Counted from the stretch's first letter, positions 25,228 to 40,509 are shown. The stretch is 64,000 nucleotides of DNA from Eledone cirrhosa (GCA_964016885.1 OZ024743.1:280178001-280242000), one strand, 5' to 3'. Numbers and translations: made by a program. The notes: a model not told the origin generated them from the letters alone.

Positions 25228-27019
25228 TAACTAAGGACGAGATAAAGACTTACAGAGACACACAAGAACTAAACTAATAAAACAAACCAGACACACGCAG
25301 TTAGAACAAGTAACCAACATGTGACAAATAAACAAACATATATAAATAAACTTATAAATAAATAAATAAATATATTCTAAAAAATAAATAAAAACTCACA
25401 CACACACACACATGGTTATAACGCATGCCCAAACCTATTACACAATTTACAAAAAAAAAGGATAGTGTAGGACAGAAGAAAGGAGAGACAAAATAACAAC
25501 GATAGTAGTAACTGAATGTGTGACGAAAGAGCTTTGCAGAGACATCAAATAACGAAAAACACGTTGATTGTTTCGGGCCTCGTAGCTCCTCTGTCCACGC
25601 GGAAAATTATAACGGACTGCAATGTAAAGTAGCTAGTATAGGTACATGTGACGAGTATTCGTAAATTATGAATATTTGAGTTGCCATATATTACAATAGA
25701 CATACTGCCAATGAGAAAGAGTCGACATGCTCGTTCAATCAGATAGAATTATCATACAAATCTTCCTCAAATACACTCTGCATTAGATAATGCAATTCTA
25801 GAAACATTGTGACTGAATTGATAAAATAAGTGGTGGGATGAATCGTAGTGACTGAAAGGTCTTCATCATGGATCTATAGATTTGGGCTGATATAGAGCTA
25901 ACAACATCCACACAATTGCAGTATATACAATATTTAAAGCATGTTTATATTCTCCAGATACACTTAGACGTGTTATACAAAATATGGTAATGCAGTAATA
26001 ATACTCCAGAACAACATAATTGTTTCAAACATTATACACGTTTTCATATACTGAATTGTTTGGTTATCATGACACAGAATCTTTCAAATAATTAGATAAG
26101 TGTGTATGTATGTGTGTGTGTGTGTTTGTGTGTGCGTGTATGGGCATGTGTGTGCACGTGCACGTGAGTGGGTAGTGGCTATATAGAAAACAGTTTTCCT
26201 TTCAAACATGTTATATTAAAAGCACAATAATGCACGAGTTTAATCTTTTTTTATTGACGATTTTTCATATTCCCCTATTAGTTCTTTATATTTAGTTTGG
26301 AAGAGTAACGTTTCTCAACCTCCATTAACGTCTTTAGACTTGAATGAAATTATGGTAGTGGCGTTATTTTTTTATTTTATTTTTTACTGCAGCATGTTTA
26401 TAATAGGCAGCAAGGATCATGTGAATGATGTAACTGATAAAAATCATCATAGCCGGATTTAACATTTTTAACCATTAATTTCAAGTTAATTTCAGCCACC
26501 AGTAGCTGTTCATAGTTTATTAATATTTTTCTGTATCGGAGATAATTTTTTTAGTTTGTATTTTACTGTTTATAAAGCTTCTATTGTTAATTTTCTAATC
26601 TTTTATGGAATTCTATATAGGATATTTATGTTTATGTCAGCTAATGTTTTTCAATTTATTTTTGTTTCATGTTCTATATTGTGGTGAGCTGCAATTGGCC
26701 CTTCTGGTGAGAGTCCCGTCCCTTGTATCCGATGTAACAGTTCAAGTTATGAAGCTTCGAGATAGCATCTGGTTGACTAATACCTTCTGAGTGGAAATTC
26801 GTAGACGGAAAATGTTGTATATATATTGTTATATTGGGGGAGGGTCATATTGCCAAAAATAGCAAAACACATTCACTGCTTGGTTTGGTTTTTGCTTCAG
26901 ACTAATTTTTAGTCGTGATGAATCCAGCAAAAAAAACAAACAAAACAAAAACCCTTACTGAACATTTTCTATCCAAGTTTGTCGTTGCTGTTTTCAGCAA
27001 GTGAAGCAATCCCTTACAG

Positions 27020-28300
27020 TGAATTACTGTCCGATCTCACTCACCTCATATCATAAAGGTGTTTGAGAAAGAGATGAGATCACGAGTAACTCACTTCCTC
27101 GGAAGAAACAATCTCCTGAACTCCAACAAACATAGGTTCTGCGATTGCAGAGGCTGCTTAACGTAGCTTCTACATCACTTTATTGCCATCCTAAAGGCAT
27201 TGGGAGAGGGCTCCAAGACTGATATTATATACCTTGATTTCATCAAGGCTTTTGATAGGGTTTATTACTCAGTAATATGCTGAAGAACATACCCAACATT
27301 TGAGTCTATGGAAAGCTACTACAGTGGATTTAGTGTTTCCTGGTGAACAGAACTCAACATATTGTGATCGAGCGAATACGATCAAGTTCAGTTTAGGTCA
27401 GAAGTGGCGTCCTATTTCTCTTCATTAAGCACTGCAAAATAATATATTCCAAGATGATTCCATGCTCCAAAATAATATATTTTCAGATGATTCCATGCAA
27501 CAGAATGGGACAATGGACATACCTTCAATCAAATTGCCAATAGGAGAAAAAATACACTAGACGAGAATAAATTTGAGATAATCAACTTTAGAAAAGAGGA
27601 TACAATTAAGGTACCATATACTCTTCCTTGGGTGAAAACCTCGTCATTTCCAGCAACACCAGAAACTTTGAGTAATTTTTTGATAACAACTTAAGTTGGA
27701 ATACCCACATAAACAACAAAGTTAACATGTCTCGCAGTGTGTTCCTGGATTCTTAGAACACTACGGTCTAGAAATATTCACACCATTATTTTTCTGTTGC
27801 CCGGCCCCACCTTGAATACTGTTGTCCAATGTAGTTTCCTCACACGACACAAAGTCTTATGAAGAATCCCAGGGGTCGGTTACAAAACCTATAGATGCCG
27901 TGACCGTTCTTGACATTTGGAGTTGACTAGAAAACCTAAAACTTTACTCTCTCACGACGCCTGATGCACTACATTATTTGAATAATGTGGATAATATTCC
28001 ATATTATTCCTCAACATTTTTCAAATATTACCATCAACTTACAGTTTAGTCTCCGTGCTACCAGCCCCTATATAAATCGACCTCGCATCTCATAACAACA
28101 TTAGTATACAATTATTTCAGCTTAACTGTTCCTACTCATTTTTGCATTAGCAAAATACATTAAAACCTAAAAAAATCCTATAAAATTCAAAACGTCTTTG
28201 CAGAAATTCCTCCATCAAATTCCGAATAAATCCTTAACACCAGGATATGTCTCCGGAAACAATAACTATTTAATGGAGTGGACTATGGTATCCAAAACAT
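27020..28300 (+). pseudogene. Decayed CR1/L2-group LINE reverse transcriptase (5'-truncated)
   Basis: NYCPISLTS, DIIYLDFIKAFDRV, GKLLQWI*CFLVNRTQ, VRSGV, FSDD, RPHLEYCCP and PGYVSGNNN motifs with many stops. Confidence 0.85.
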
Positions 28301-28372
28301 GACTGAGATATGAATCGTGACCTGAAAGACTTCACCATTGGGTACCATTAAATTAGACAGTAACTGCTATCA

Positions 28373-28870
<498 letters not shown>

Positions 28871-28924
28871 ACATGTATAGTGACGACACATAAGTCAATT
28901 GCATGAACTCATAATCCTTTATTT

Positions 28925-28980
28925 ACTGCTATATATATTTCGATGATAGCCAGTGAATGGCTATGACCTCATCAGGCAGT
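28925..28980 (-). ncRNA. Type I hammerhead ribozyme, intact core
   Basis: Minus strand: actgc-CTGATGA-ggtcatagcca(ttcac)tggctatcatc-GAAA-tatata-TA-gcagt. 5-bp stem I, 11-bp stem II with one mismatch, palindromic stem III. Confidence 0.85.
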
Positions 28981-29043
28981 TAGTCAGTTCTTAGATATGC
29001 CAGCTCTGTGTGTATAGTGTTGGTGGTATCAGATGTGTGTGTA

Positions 29044-29488
<445 letters not shown>

Positions 29489-30024
29489 GTATACATAGAT
29501 GTGTATATATATATACATACATATATATATATATAAGGATATATACAAATACCCACAAGACACACAAACATACACACAGACATGCACACATATATATGTG
29601 TGTTTTTGTGTATATATACACACAAATGCATACGTACATACATATGATTGTGTATATTTCCCTATATTCGATGTGTTTGCCTGTGTATATATATACGTGT
29701 GATCCAATTCATGTCTTTTAATAACTTCCGCATCCCTACCAGCTGAATCGCACCGCATTTTGTAGAGTAAATGGGTCTGTTTGAAATCTATTTAAAATGT
29801 CTTCCGTTGAAACACTGCTTTACTCTTTTGTATATTTTCTTATACATTCTCCCATCTTCTTTTCGTCTTCCTTCTAATCTTTTTTAGATTTATTTTATTT
29901 GTTTTCCGTACGTAATTCTCTGTTCTTAATCTTTGATTTTGTTTGTTGTCGAATCTGATAACAAAAGAAGGCGGGAATAAATTGAAGGATATCAGTGAAC
30001 AATTAGATATATGTACGTGTGTAT

Positions 30025-30119
<95 letters not shown>

Positions 30120-30386
30120 TATGTATGTATATATATATGTGTGTGTGTGATTGTGTGTGTATGTATATGTATATGTACATATATATATATTTATATATAT
30201 ATATTTATATATATATATATTTATATATATATATATATATATACATGTATGAGTATATATATGTATATATATATATATATACATATAAACCCACACCCTT
30301 ACCCACAAACAGGATGAGAGGCCTTTCGTAAGCTATTTCGCTGGTCACTTCTTGTGGAGTAAACACACACACACATGCACATATTT

Positions 30387-30469
<83 letters not shown>

Positions 30470-31219
30470 AGTGTGTGTTTGCGTGTGTGTGTGTACACGT
30501 ATAAATATAGATGTATGTATGCGTAATATCTTCATTGAGCTTTGATAGAGCTAATAATTAAGTTATCCTAAAAACCTTCATTTAACTCTTCCTTTCGTCT
30601 TTCATTCCTTTGAACGTTCTTCTAAGATGGTTTTGTTATTTCAAACGGAATTACCCACCGCCCCTGCCTTGCCCTCTCTCTTTCTATCTTTTTCTTTCTC
30701 TCCATCACTCTCTCCACTTCTATCTATCTCTTCTATATTCACTTATTCCTCGCTCCTGTCCTATAGCATCGAGATTTTCTTTTATTCTTACATTTTCATT
30801 TGTTTATGTTATATATTGCTGTGTTTGTTTTATTTTTGGCCACTTAACTAAACAGACTTTCAATATAGAGCGACATGTTGAGTTGATCATTGTTTAAAAT
30901 AATAGTTAAAAGGAAGAAGCTATTTAAAAACCAATTGCAGATGTTACAGTTATCTATAGATGTGGATAGACCGATGTTCTTCTTTCATTTAATATAATAA
31001 AATCATTTGCACTGTCATACGAATGACAAATATAAAAGAGAACGAAGCCGACATTTACTTTTTTTATTGTAACTCACCCCTATCTTTTTTTAAGCTGATG
31101 TAATATAGATTGAAAGGAAAGATCTTTTAAGTGGTACCTACCGCCTGATAAAGACAAGTTTACCAATTCTAGTGAAAGATGTGTTAGTTATATTACCAAT
31201 CTAAAAGCGCGTTCGTCAC

Positions 31220-31440
31220 ACCTTGTCAGAATCATTAGAGCGTCGGACAAAATGAATTGTGGCATTTCATTTCGGCCCTTTACGATCTGTGTTCAAATCC
31301 CGCCGAGATCAACTTTGCCTTTCATCTTTCAGGGTTTATTAAATGAAGTACCGGTCAAATACATGAGCCGATTTAATCGACGTATCCCACTCTATCTTCA
31401 TTTGCTGGTCATGTGCCTAAATTAGAAAACCATTATTTCC
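31220..31440 (+). mobile_element. SINE family A, near full length
   Basis: cagaatcattagagcgtcggacaaaatg head, gttcaaatccc B-box, core and tail. Confidence 0.85.
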
Positions 31441-32660
31441 ATGAACCAAGTGCATTGGATATGATCATCTTCATAACCAGCGAGACTAGAAGAGAGGAAG
31501 GAGGAAATGGGGGAAGGAGTTATGATAAGAGTGAAGACCTGGCTCGATTGCCTTGGCGGAATTGATAGAGCGTCAGACATGTTGCCTTGTGGTATTTGTT
31601 CTGAATTCTTGCGTTCTAAGATCAAAGCCTACTGTGGGTTAATTTGATGGTAATCCAGTCTGTTCACCTCCTTTCCACCAACCCGTGGGTCTTAAAATAA
31701 AGGTCATGGGCACTACGCTTCGTTCCCTGTGGTCGTGTATCTAAATAAGAATTAAATGTAAATTCTGGTGTTGAAAGTTTATATCCCAAATTTTATTCTC
31801 AGGTGAAGCTAACTTCATTTAATTCGCCACTAACTGCCTTAACCCAAATTACTACAGCTCACCCTTCCTTTGTTCACTATTATCAAAATAAGACTGTAAT
31901 ACGTATTCGTTTCTATGGAAACATTCTACCGCAGCATGGTCGAATAGTTAAGAAACTCACCGGATGGACTGTATTTGTAAATTAAAGAGCTAGCCTCTAT
32001 ACACACTGCGTCAAGCTGAATTTCCCTGAGAATTATGCTACAATCTTTGGGCTGATAAGACACGTTAAATGCCCGCGACAATTTCACGGGCAAGTTACTC
32101 TGTTGATCGAACATCTGGAACAAACATCGTTGAAATCGACGGAAATCCATTCCATTATATTTCATAGTTGGATTTAAAACGGAAATTGTCGTCTAATATA
32201 GTGTCTCGAAGACAAGAGACTGTGCTAGAGTATATCCCTCTCCAGGCTGTGGAAACCGGAAACAGATGGTACAATAAGGAAGTGACGTAAAATCCCTGAT
32301 GTTAGAAATGAAACATATGTCGCAGATGCGACTGGGCGGATGCTTACCTTCACCGAATACCACTGACGGATAGTAAAGGGCGTATATTCTAGTTAATCCT
32401 GAAATGTTTCAAAACGGCGATATATTGCTTTGCCGCGAGGAAGAAGAAAAAATTAACGGTTTGGGCAGCAACATTCAATTTTGCCTTTTAACCTTAGATT
32501 ATATGAATAGTTATGGCGTCGGCAAATGTGCCTTGCGGTACTTACAATGCCTTTACGTTCAGAGTTCAAATATGTGTGTATATATATATATATATATTTC
32601 GTTTCTGAATTTGTTTAGCAAGGTTCTTTATCTGAAAACGTGTGTTGAAACCGATATTGC

Positions 32661-33159
32661 TATGCTTTGGGTGGGTCATGTTGCCAATAAGAAACACACG
32701 CACCAGTTACTTTCACTTCAATTTATTATAAACTAAATTTATAAATTTAGGAATTTATAAATTTCCGGTTGGTTGGTTGGTTGGTTCCACAACCAGACGA
32801 TTGTTCATATATTCAAAATTCTTTTGGCACACATTCTGTGACCTCTTCAGTGACTGGGGATTCTTTTCTTTGTTTTTGTGCCTCTCCTTTGTTCTGTCCT
32901 ACGCCATCTTGTTTTTGTGTGTGTTGTGTGCTTAGTTTGCGCATGTGTTACATCCGGGTGTTACATCCTCAGTCACTGAAGAGATCACAGAATTAGTGAC
33001 GAAAGAACTTTGACAATATATGAACAATCGTCTGGTTGTGGAACCAACCAACCAACCGGAAATTTATAAATTCCTAAATTTATAAATTTAATTTATAATA
33101 AATTGAAGTGAAAGCAATGGTGCGTGTGTTTCTTATTGGCAACATGACCCTCCCAAAGC

Positions 33160-33162
<3 letters not shown>
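32661..33162. repeat. About 200-bp inverted repeat with ~100-bp spacer, containing a hammerhead
   Basis: 32661-32861 is the reverse complement of 32965-33162 with a few mismatches. Confidence 0.9.
32972..33014 (+). ncRNA. Minimal type I hammerhead ribozyme
   Basis: gtca-CTGAAGA-gatcac(agaatta)gtgac-GAAA-gaac-TT-tgac; a degenerate mirror copy lies at about 32812-32854. Confidence 0.7.
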
Positions 33163-33197
<35 letters not shown>

Positions 33198-33365
33198 TAT
33201 GGACGTATAATAATACACGCGCGCAAGTATAGCTCTTTATACAGAACGGTTTTTTTTCCATATCATGTAGACGCGTTCCATCATTTATAATAAATTTATA
33301 ATAAATTGAAGTGAAAGCAACTGGTGCGTGTGTTTCTTATTGGCAACATGACCCTCCCAAAGCAT

Positions 33366-33461
<96 letters not shown>

Positions 33462-33478
33462 TATGGACGTATAATAAT

Positions 33479-33578
33479 TGTTTCTACTTTAGGCACAAGG
33501 CCACCAAATTACCCAGTGCATTACTGGTACTTTATTTTATCGACCCCGTAAGGATGAAAGGCAAAGTCAACCTCGGCG
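33479..33578 (-). mobile_element. 5'-truncated SINE family A with 10-bp TSD
   Basis: gtataataat at 33469-33478 and 33579-33588; an empty paralogous site at 33205-33214. Confidence 0.9.
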
Positions 33579-33738
33579 GTATAATAATACACGCGCGCAA
33601 GTATAGCTTTTTATACAAAACGGTTTTTTTCCATATCAGGTAGACGCGTTCCATCATCCACTTTTCTAAAAGAATATATCATACACAAAACGCCAGCATC
33701 AACAGTTTTCCCTTCAATCTTTCTAATTTCTCATTCTT

Positions 33739-33774
33739 TCTTTTGATGAAGGACTTGCGTCCGAAACGTTAAGA
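33739..33774 (+). ncRNA. Minimal hammerhead ribozyme (uncompensated C3U)
   Basis: tctt-TTGATGA-a-ggac(ttgc)gtcc-GAAA-cg-TT-aaga. Confidence 0.65.
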
Positions 33775-33858
33775 TCCTCTTCCTGCTATTTCAAGCGTTA
33801 AACTAATATATTCCTCCCATATACTGTACAGATTGTGTTGTTATTTCTGTTTACCTTT

Positions 33859-33993
<135 letters not shown>

Positions 33994-34005
33994 GAGAGAG
34001 AGAGT

Positions 34006-34098
34006 GTAGGGCACAACGGTTGAGTTCTAGCCGTTTCAACAGCAAGTTCAGACTCCGATATGTTGTTGAAACGGCAAGAGCTTAGCCGTATGCCCTAC
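34006..34098. repeat. Fold-back palindrome with half-hammerhead, diverged relative of the 2664 family
   Basis: gtagggca..gccgtttcaacagca / tgttgttGAAAcggc(aagagctta)gccgTAtgccctac. Confidence 0.7.
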
Positions 34099-34243
34099 CT
34101 TTCTACTATATTTACATTCTACTGCCCCAAGATTCGAGTATTCTGCTGAACAGTGATCTTACTAGTTTAAACTGGTAAAATACTGAACTATATATATAGT
34201 ATGTATGTATGTATGTTTGTATATATGTATGTTTGTATGTATG

Positions 34244-34690
34244 TTCTTCTGGTTTTACAATTTCACAAATGTTTGCCAATAGAGAGAGAGCCGGTTTCTT
34301 ACATAGATACAAGACTCTCTCATGGAATTTACACAACATCAACTATGTATGCATGTCTGCATGCATGTGTAGGTATGGGTGTTATTGTATATGTAGATGT
34401 GGATGTTTTGAGTTATATGTGTGCATGTGTATACGCTGCGTATCTGTACATGTGCATATGCAGTTATTAGATGCAAAATATTTAGAATGTTTTTCATATT
34501 TTTACTGTTCCATTAATGGATTATACTAGTAATTCCTAACTAGTTGTGTTCTTTCTGTTCCTGTGAAGCCCAGCTTCTCAAGATTTGTATTGAGGCAGTT
34601 ACTAACATATCCCAGTGCCCCAATAATCACAGGCATAAATCTGAAGGTGTAATCAGGGTGGAGTATCGGCAGATTTCTCATTAGTTCTGC
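34244..34690 (-). mobile_element. 3' fragment of an RLE-type non-LTR element (R4/Dong-like)
   Basis: AELMRNLPILHPDYTFRFMPVIIGALGYV..LEKLG matches the PxVIGALG C-terminal motif of RLE elements; 3' UTR runs into (ACAT)n. Confidence 0.75.
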
Positions 34691-34719
34691 ATGTATGTAT
34701 GATTGAATGTATGTATGTA

Positions 34720-35070
34720 TGCGCGGAGACAATAATGGGGCTGAATACCCGATCGCGCGGTTAAACCACCGGGAGTGAAGGACCTCTAGCCTTTGTCAGG
34801 GCATTCTTCTAGGAGAAGGCAACTCAGGAAACTGTGATAACTCCGACATAAAACCTGCAGCTCAGTAGTTACCGATAATATTGATCTTTTCTTCTTTTCG
34901 GGTTATAGCTACTGTCGCTCAGAGAGTGGGATTGGCTCAGTGCACAGTCTTTTCTCACTTTGAAAATAATCTTCACACACAGGCATTTCACGATAGCCTT
35001 ATTTGATAATTATTAATAATGTTATATCGTGCAATAGCCATACTTGATAACGAGGGGGCAGCCATCATGT
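34720..35070 (+). mobile_element. RTE-derived non-autonomous element or SINE
   Basis: tagcctttgtcagggca..ctaggagaaggcaactc..taaaacctgc is RTE 5'UTR-like; ends acgagggggcagccatc followed by (ATGT)n; related to 35541-35968. Confidence 0.65.
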
Positions 35071-35540
35071 ATGTATGGTTTATGTGTATGTGTCTGCTTA
35101 ACGGTTTTTGACGTTCAGCTCAAGATCGTATAGTCGTGAGCAAAGTACTTTATTTTCCCATAACCCCAAGTCCACACAACTGACAGAAAAAGAGTTGGAC
35201 TTGTAATTCAAAGAGTTAACCTTGTCACTCACTGAAGGACACATTGAATCTCCCTGAGAAATACGTTAAATATACATAAGTCTATGGCATATTAATACAG
35301 CTGCACGTTAATTTCACAAACTGGATGTTGAACTCACATAGGTGTACATATGCATGTATGTAAGTATTATGTATGTGTGTATGAGTGTATGTACGTATTT
35401 ATGTATGTATTTATGCATGTATGTGTGTTTGTATGTATGTATACATGTATGTTTGTATGTATGTATGAGTGTAATTATGTATGTATGTATGTATGTATGT
35501 ATGTATGAGTGTTTGTGTGTATTTATGTATGTATGTATAC

Positions 35541-35968
35541 AGAGATGACCCCTTAGCCTGGGAGAGATGACCCCTTAGCCTTTGTCAAGGCAGAATTCTA
35601 GGAGAAAGAAAACTCTGATATAACACCTGCAACTCTGATGGTATCCAATGATGTTGACATGTTCTTCTTTTTGGTAAATATCATCTTGGTTAAGAGAGTG
35701 GGACTGGCTTTGTGCAGTGCCTTTGCTCACTATAAAAGCTTCACGGCACAGGCATTGCTTTATATCTGGAGATCTCTCTGCACTTGTCGTCACATGGTAC
35801 CATGGGCCCTGCACTATGTGTCAATAATTGTCACAAGTGTAGTGTTTGTACAAGAGTTTTCATGTCGTTGGCTGGACTAAAATGTCACACTCGTTCAGCG
35901 CATCGGTAGGAGTTCTCCTACATGGATATAAAGTAGTGGCCGTACTCGAAAACGAGTTGGCAGCCACC
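35541..35968 (+). mobile_element. RTE-derived bipartite non-autonomous element, 5'-truncated
   Basis: RTE 5'UTR-like block joined to a terminal C2H2 finger (CSVCTRVFMSLAGLKCHTRSAH*) and (ATGT)n; near-identical inverted copy at 59398-59810. Confidence 0.75.
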
Positions 35969-36280
35969 ATGTATACATGTATGTGTGTATGTATGTATGT
36001 ATGTATGATTGTTTGCATGTATTTATGTATGTATGTATACATGTATGTGTGTATGTATGTATGATTGTTTGTAAGTATACATTTATGTATGTATGTAAGT
36101 TTGTATGTATATACGTATATATGTATGTATATATATATACGTATATATGTATCTATGTATCTATCTATGTATGAATGTATGTATGTATGTATTTATTTAT
36201 TTATGTATGTATCTATTTATGTGTGTACCTATGTATCTATGTATGAATAAATGTATGTATGTATGCAGGTATAATTGTAT

Positions 36281-36703
36281 GTTTTGGGAGATTTATTTTT
36301 AAATTTCTCATCAATAGAAAGAGGGCCAGCTTTACATATGTTCATTGGAATTTAGGCATTGACTAGGAATTATGTATGTGTGCCTGTATTTGTTCATGTG
36401 TGTGTGCAGCTATGCTTGACATACCATGTGTTCATATCTATATTTTGAGTTATATGTACATATATATATACGCTACTCTAACTATATGTCTGCATATTCA
36501 GTTATTAGATGCTAAATTTCTGGAATGTTTTACTTATTTTTACTGTTCCATTAATGGACTGTGAAATCTCCTAACTAGCAGTGATATTTCTGGCTCTGTG
36601 AAGCCCAACTTCTGAAGTTCTTTTGCTGAGGCATATAGTAACATATCCAAGTACCTTAATGATCACACTTATAAATCTAAAGGTATAATCAGGGTGGAGT
36701 ATC
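36281..36703 (-). mobile_element. Second R4/Dong-like 3' fragment
   Basis: ILHPDYTFRFISVIIKVLGYV; homologous to 34244-34690; embedded in (ACAT)n-type repeats. Confidence 0.75.
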
Positions 36704-37980
36704 TCTATAAATATATGTATGTGTGTATGTATGCATCTATGTATGCATGTGTATATGTATGCATATATGTATGTGTGCATGTATGCATCTATGTATGTAT
36801 GTATATATGTATGTATATGTGTATGTATGTATATATGTATGTATGCATGCATGTATGTGTGTATGTATGCATCTATGTATGAATGTGTATATGTATGCAT
36901 ATATGTATGTCTGCATGTATGCATCTATGTATGTATGTATATATGTATGTATATGTGTATGTATGTATATATGTATGTATGCATGCATGTATGTGTGTAT
37001 GTATGTATGTATATATATATATATGTATGTATGTATATATGTATTTATGTATGAATATATGTATATATGCATGCATGTATGTGTGTATGTATGCATCTAT
37101 TTATATATGTATGTGTGTATGTATATATCTATGTATGTATGTAAACATGTATGTATGTATATATGTATGTATGTATGTATGTATGTACGTATATATGTGT
37201 GGATCTATGTGTGTATGTATGTAGGTATGTATGTATACGTGTGCGTATATGTATATGTGTGCCTAATGGAGGTTTCTATAAATATCATACGCAGGAGTTA
37301 CCTACCCAAAGCCTACACTAAATCTACACAAAATGCTCCAATTCTAACACTAAATCGCCAAAAGAATGAATAAAGACAAAATGAAAACAAAAACAAATAA
37401 TAGAAGAATATAAACAAAAATAAATGAATAAATGGATAAATAAAATAAATCCGAAATAGAATTTCAGCCAGTGCGACTCTTTGATCAGTTTGACCAGCGG
37501 AGATTACATATGTAATATCGTTAAATGAGGTTAAGAGAGACAACGTGACCTGAAATGCCGGATCGATGAAAATGTTGTAATGGCGTAAATTCTCAAAGAG
37601 CTATGTTCAGTGTTTCGTGTGTGACTTAATTTCAAAACCAGTGAACCGTAAACGAGTTTCTGCTTGGCCACTGCAATATAGCTGAGTTGGTATCACAACA
37701 GCATTGTGTTGTCGCAGTCGATGAAAGGTGTTATATTATATTGAGCTTAAGCGTATATATGTGTGAAGCAATATCTTTTAGCTATTATCAAGTAAATACG
37801 TATATACATTGATAAACGTATGTTCGCTCTATGGCTTACATGTGTCTGTGTGATTCTCTTTCATTCTGTCTCTCTGTCTGTCCATTTGTATGATGTCTTT
37901 CTATATACTTATCTATTTAGTGATCTATCTATCTTCCTACCTATCTATCTACCTATCTCTCTCTCTCTATCTCTCCTCTC

Positions 37981-38025
<45 letters not shown>

Positions 38026-38096
38026 AGTTTAGAACTCAGGGTAGTCTCTTACAATTAAATAGCTCTAAGAAAAAAGCTTTTCCGAGCCGTACAATA

Positions 38097-38197
<101 letters not shown>

Positions 38198-38276
38198 TGA
38201 AATTTCAGTTGGAAACAGAAAAGATCATAGAAATGAAGAGTGCTCTATGTAAATATCAGAGCAAAATTTAATACAT

Positions 38277-38363
<87 letters not shown>

Positions 38364-38554
38364 CACATACACACGCACATACACAAGTATATATCTTTAT
38401 ATATGTACATTTATCCAACTTTCCACCTATTTGTATGCGTGTGTATATATGTGAATATATTTCCATGTGTGTATGAAAACTGTTGTGTACCCTTTTTTCT
38501 CCTTATTCAGATTAACCTGTTCATGCGCACACACTCACACACACACACACAGAC

Positions 38555-38734
<180 letters not shown>

Positions 38735-39006
38735 TAAAGTGTCTTTAGAATCACTAGATATAATATATACCATTTCCTCTCACAATTAGCATAATTAACC
38801 ATATAAAATTAGATAAAGCTATAAGAATAAAGGTTCCTATGAAGAAATCTCCGACAAATAATCGAAAGTAGGCCCTTCGCAGCGGCAACGATAGATTATT
38901 TATCTAACATTTCTACAGCATGTAAAAATCGACCAGATATACAGTCAACTAAACACAATTAGGTGTAAAAATTGAACTTAGAAGAATTGTGTACATACCA
39001 AATTAC

Positions 39007-39078
39007 CTCTACCATGGTTTCATCCGTAGTTTAAGACATCCAATAACGGAATGTCTAGAGTTTCGGAATCATCAGGAG
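39007..39078 (-). ncRNA. Type I hammerhead ribozyme with extended stem II
   Basis: Minus strand: ctc-CTGATGA-ttccg..agacat..atgtct..cggat-GAAA-ccatgg-TA-gag; palindromic stem III; U-U mismatch at the base of stem II. Confidence 0.65.
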
Positions 39079-39792
39079 CGAACTCAAAATTAGACATTTA
39101 ATTTTCCAAAGTGATCGCGCCAAAAATACATTAAAAAATGGCTAAGAATCGTGACGTGGCAGCGGTCAAGTTAGGAAGGATGTGATTAGTTGCTTACAGC
39201 GGGTAGGCATAATGCTAGAAAGCGCAGCTTAATACCGCCAAATTGTATCTCAACCTAACGGGAGATCATTACATACATATATATAAAAAGTCATAGATAT
39301 ATATGTGTTTTGCAACAGGTCACGTTATATATATATATATGTATGTATATATAAATATATTATATATATATAAGTATGTAAAAAGTAATCAGAAATAACT
39401 AAGCAACCCCCACAGTATATATACATGCATACAACTTAATAATGAAGGGGAGGGAGCGCGTGCAGTAGAGTGACATACACTGAGAACGTGACGCCACTGT
39501 AACCCCGAATGGGCCGGCGTTACCATCGGAAGGGTCGAAGCTCTGTATGCTTATTTCGGAGGCCCATGATGCCGAATTTGTAATTGTTACAATATCACTC
39601 GTGATTCATGCGGTTACCCACCCCTTCTTTTGTGATGGTATGTATTTGAACCTGACATATCTGCTTTCCTGTCACGTTCTTTCGTGTTGGTGTTCCGCAC
39701 ACCATTTTGTTATACTGGTTAAAACCAGCCAAAACATCTCTTCTGCGCACTACCTGCACTACTTTCTCAGTGAATCTATCGGTGAGTCTATC

Positions 39793-40405
39793 TGTGGTGG
39801 TGGTGGTGGTGGTGGTGGCAGTAGTGGTGGTGGTGGTGGTGGTGGTGGTGATAGTTGTGGTGGTGGTGGTGGCAGTAGTGGTGGTGGTGGTGGTGGCAGT
39901 AGTGGTGGTGGTTGTGGTGATTGTAGTGGTTTTGGTGGTGGCAGTAGTGGTGGTGGTGGTGGTGGTGGCAGTAGTTGTGGTGGTGGTGGTGGTTGTGGTG
40001 GTGGTTGTGGTTGTAGTGGTGGTGGTGGTTGGTGGTGGCAGTAGTGGTGGTGGTAGTGGCAGTAGTGGTGGTGGTGGTAGTGGTGGTGGTGGTGGTGGCA
40101 GTAGTGGTGGTGGTTGTGGTGGCACTAGTGGTGTTGGTGGTGGTGGTTGTGGTGGTGGTGGTGGTTGGTGGTGGCAGTAGTGGTGGTGGTGGTAGTGGTG
40201 GTGGTGGTGGCAGTAGGTGGTGGTGGCAGTAGTGGTGGTGGTGGTGGTGGTGGTGATAGTTGTGACACTGTTTCCCGTGCTCCTGGTGGTAGTTGTTATT
40301 GTTGTAACGGTTATGGTAATATTGGTATCTGTGGTGGTGGAGGTAATGATGATGATGATGCTTACAATGATGACGATGGCCTTGATGTTAATGAGGATGT
40401 TAATC

Positions 40406-40443
<38 letters not shown>

Positions 40444-40464
40444 GATGATGATGATGATGATGAA

Positions 40465-40509
<45 letters not shown>

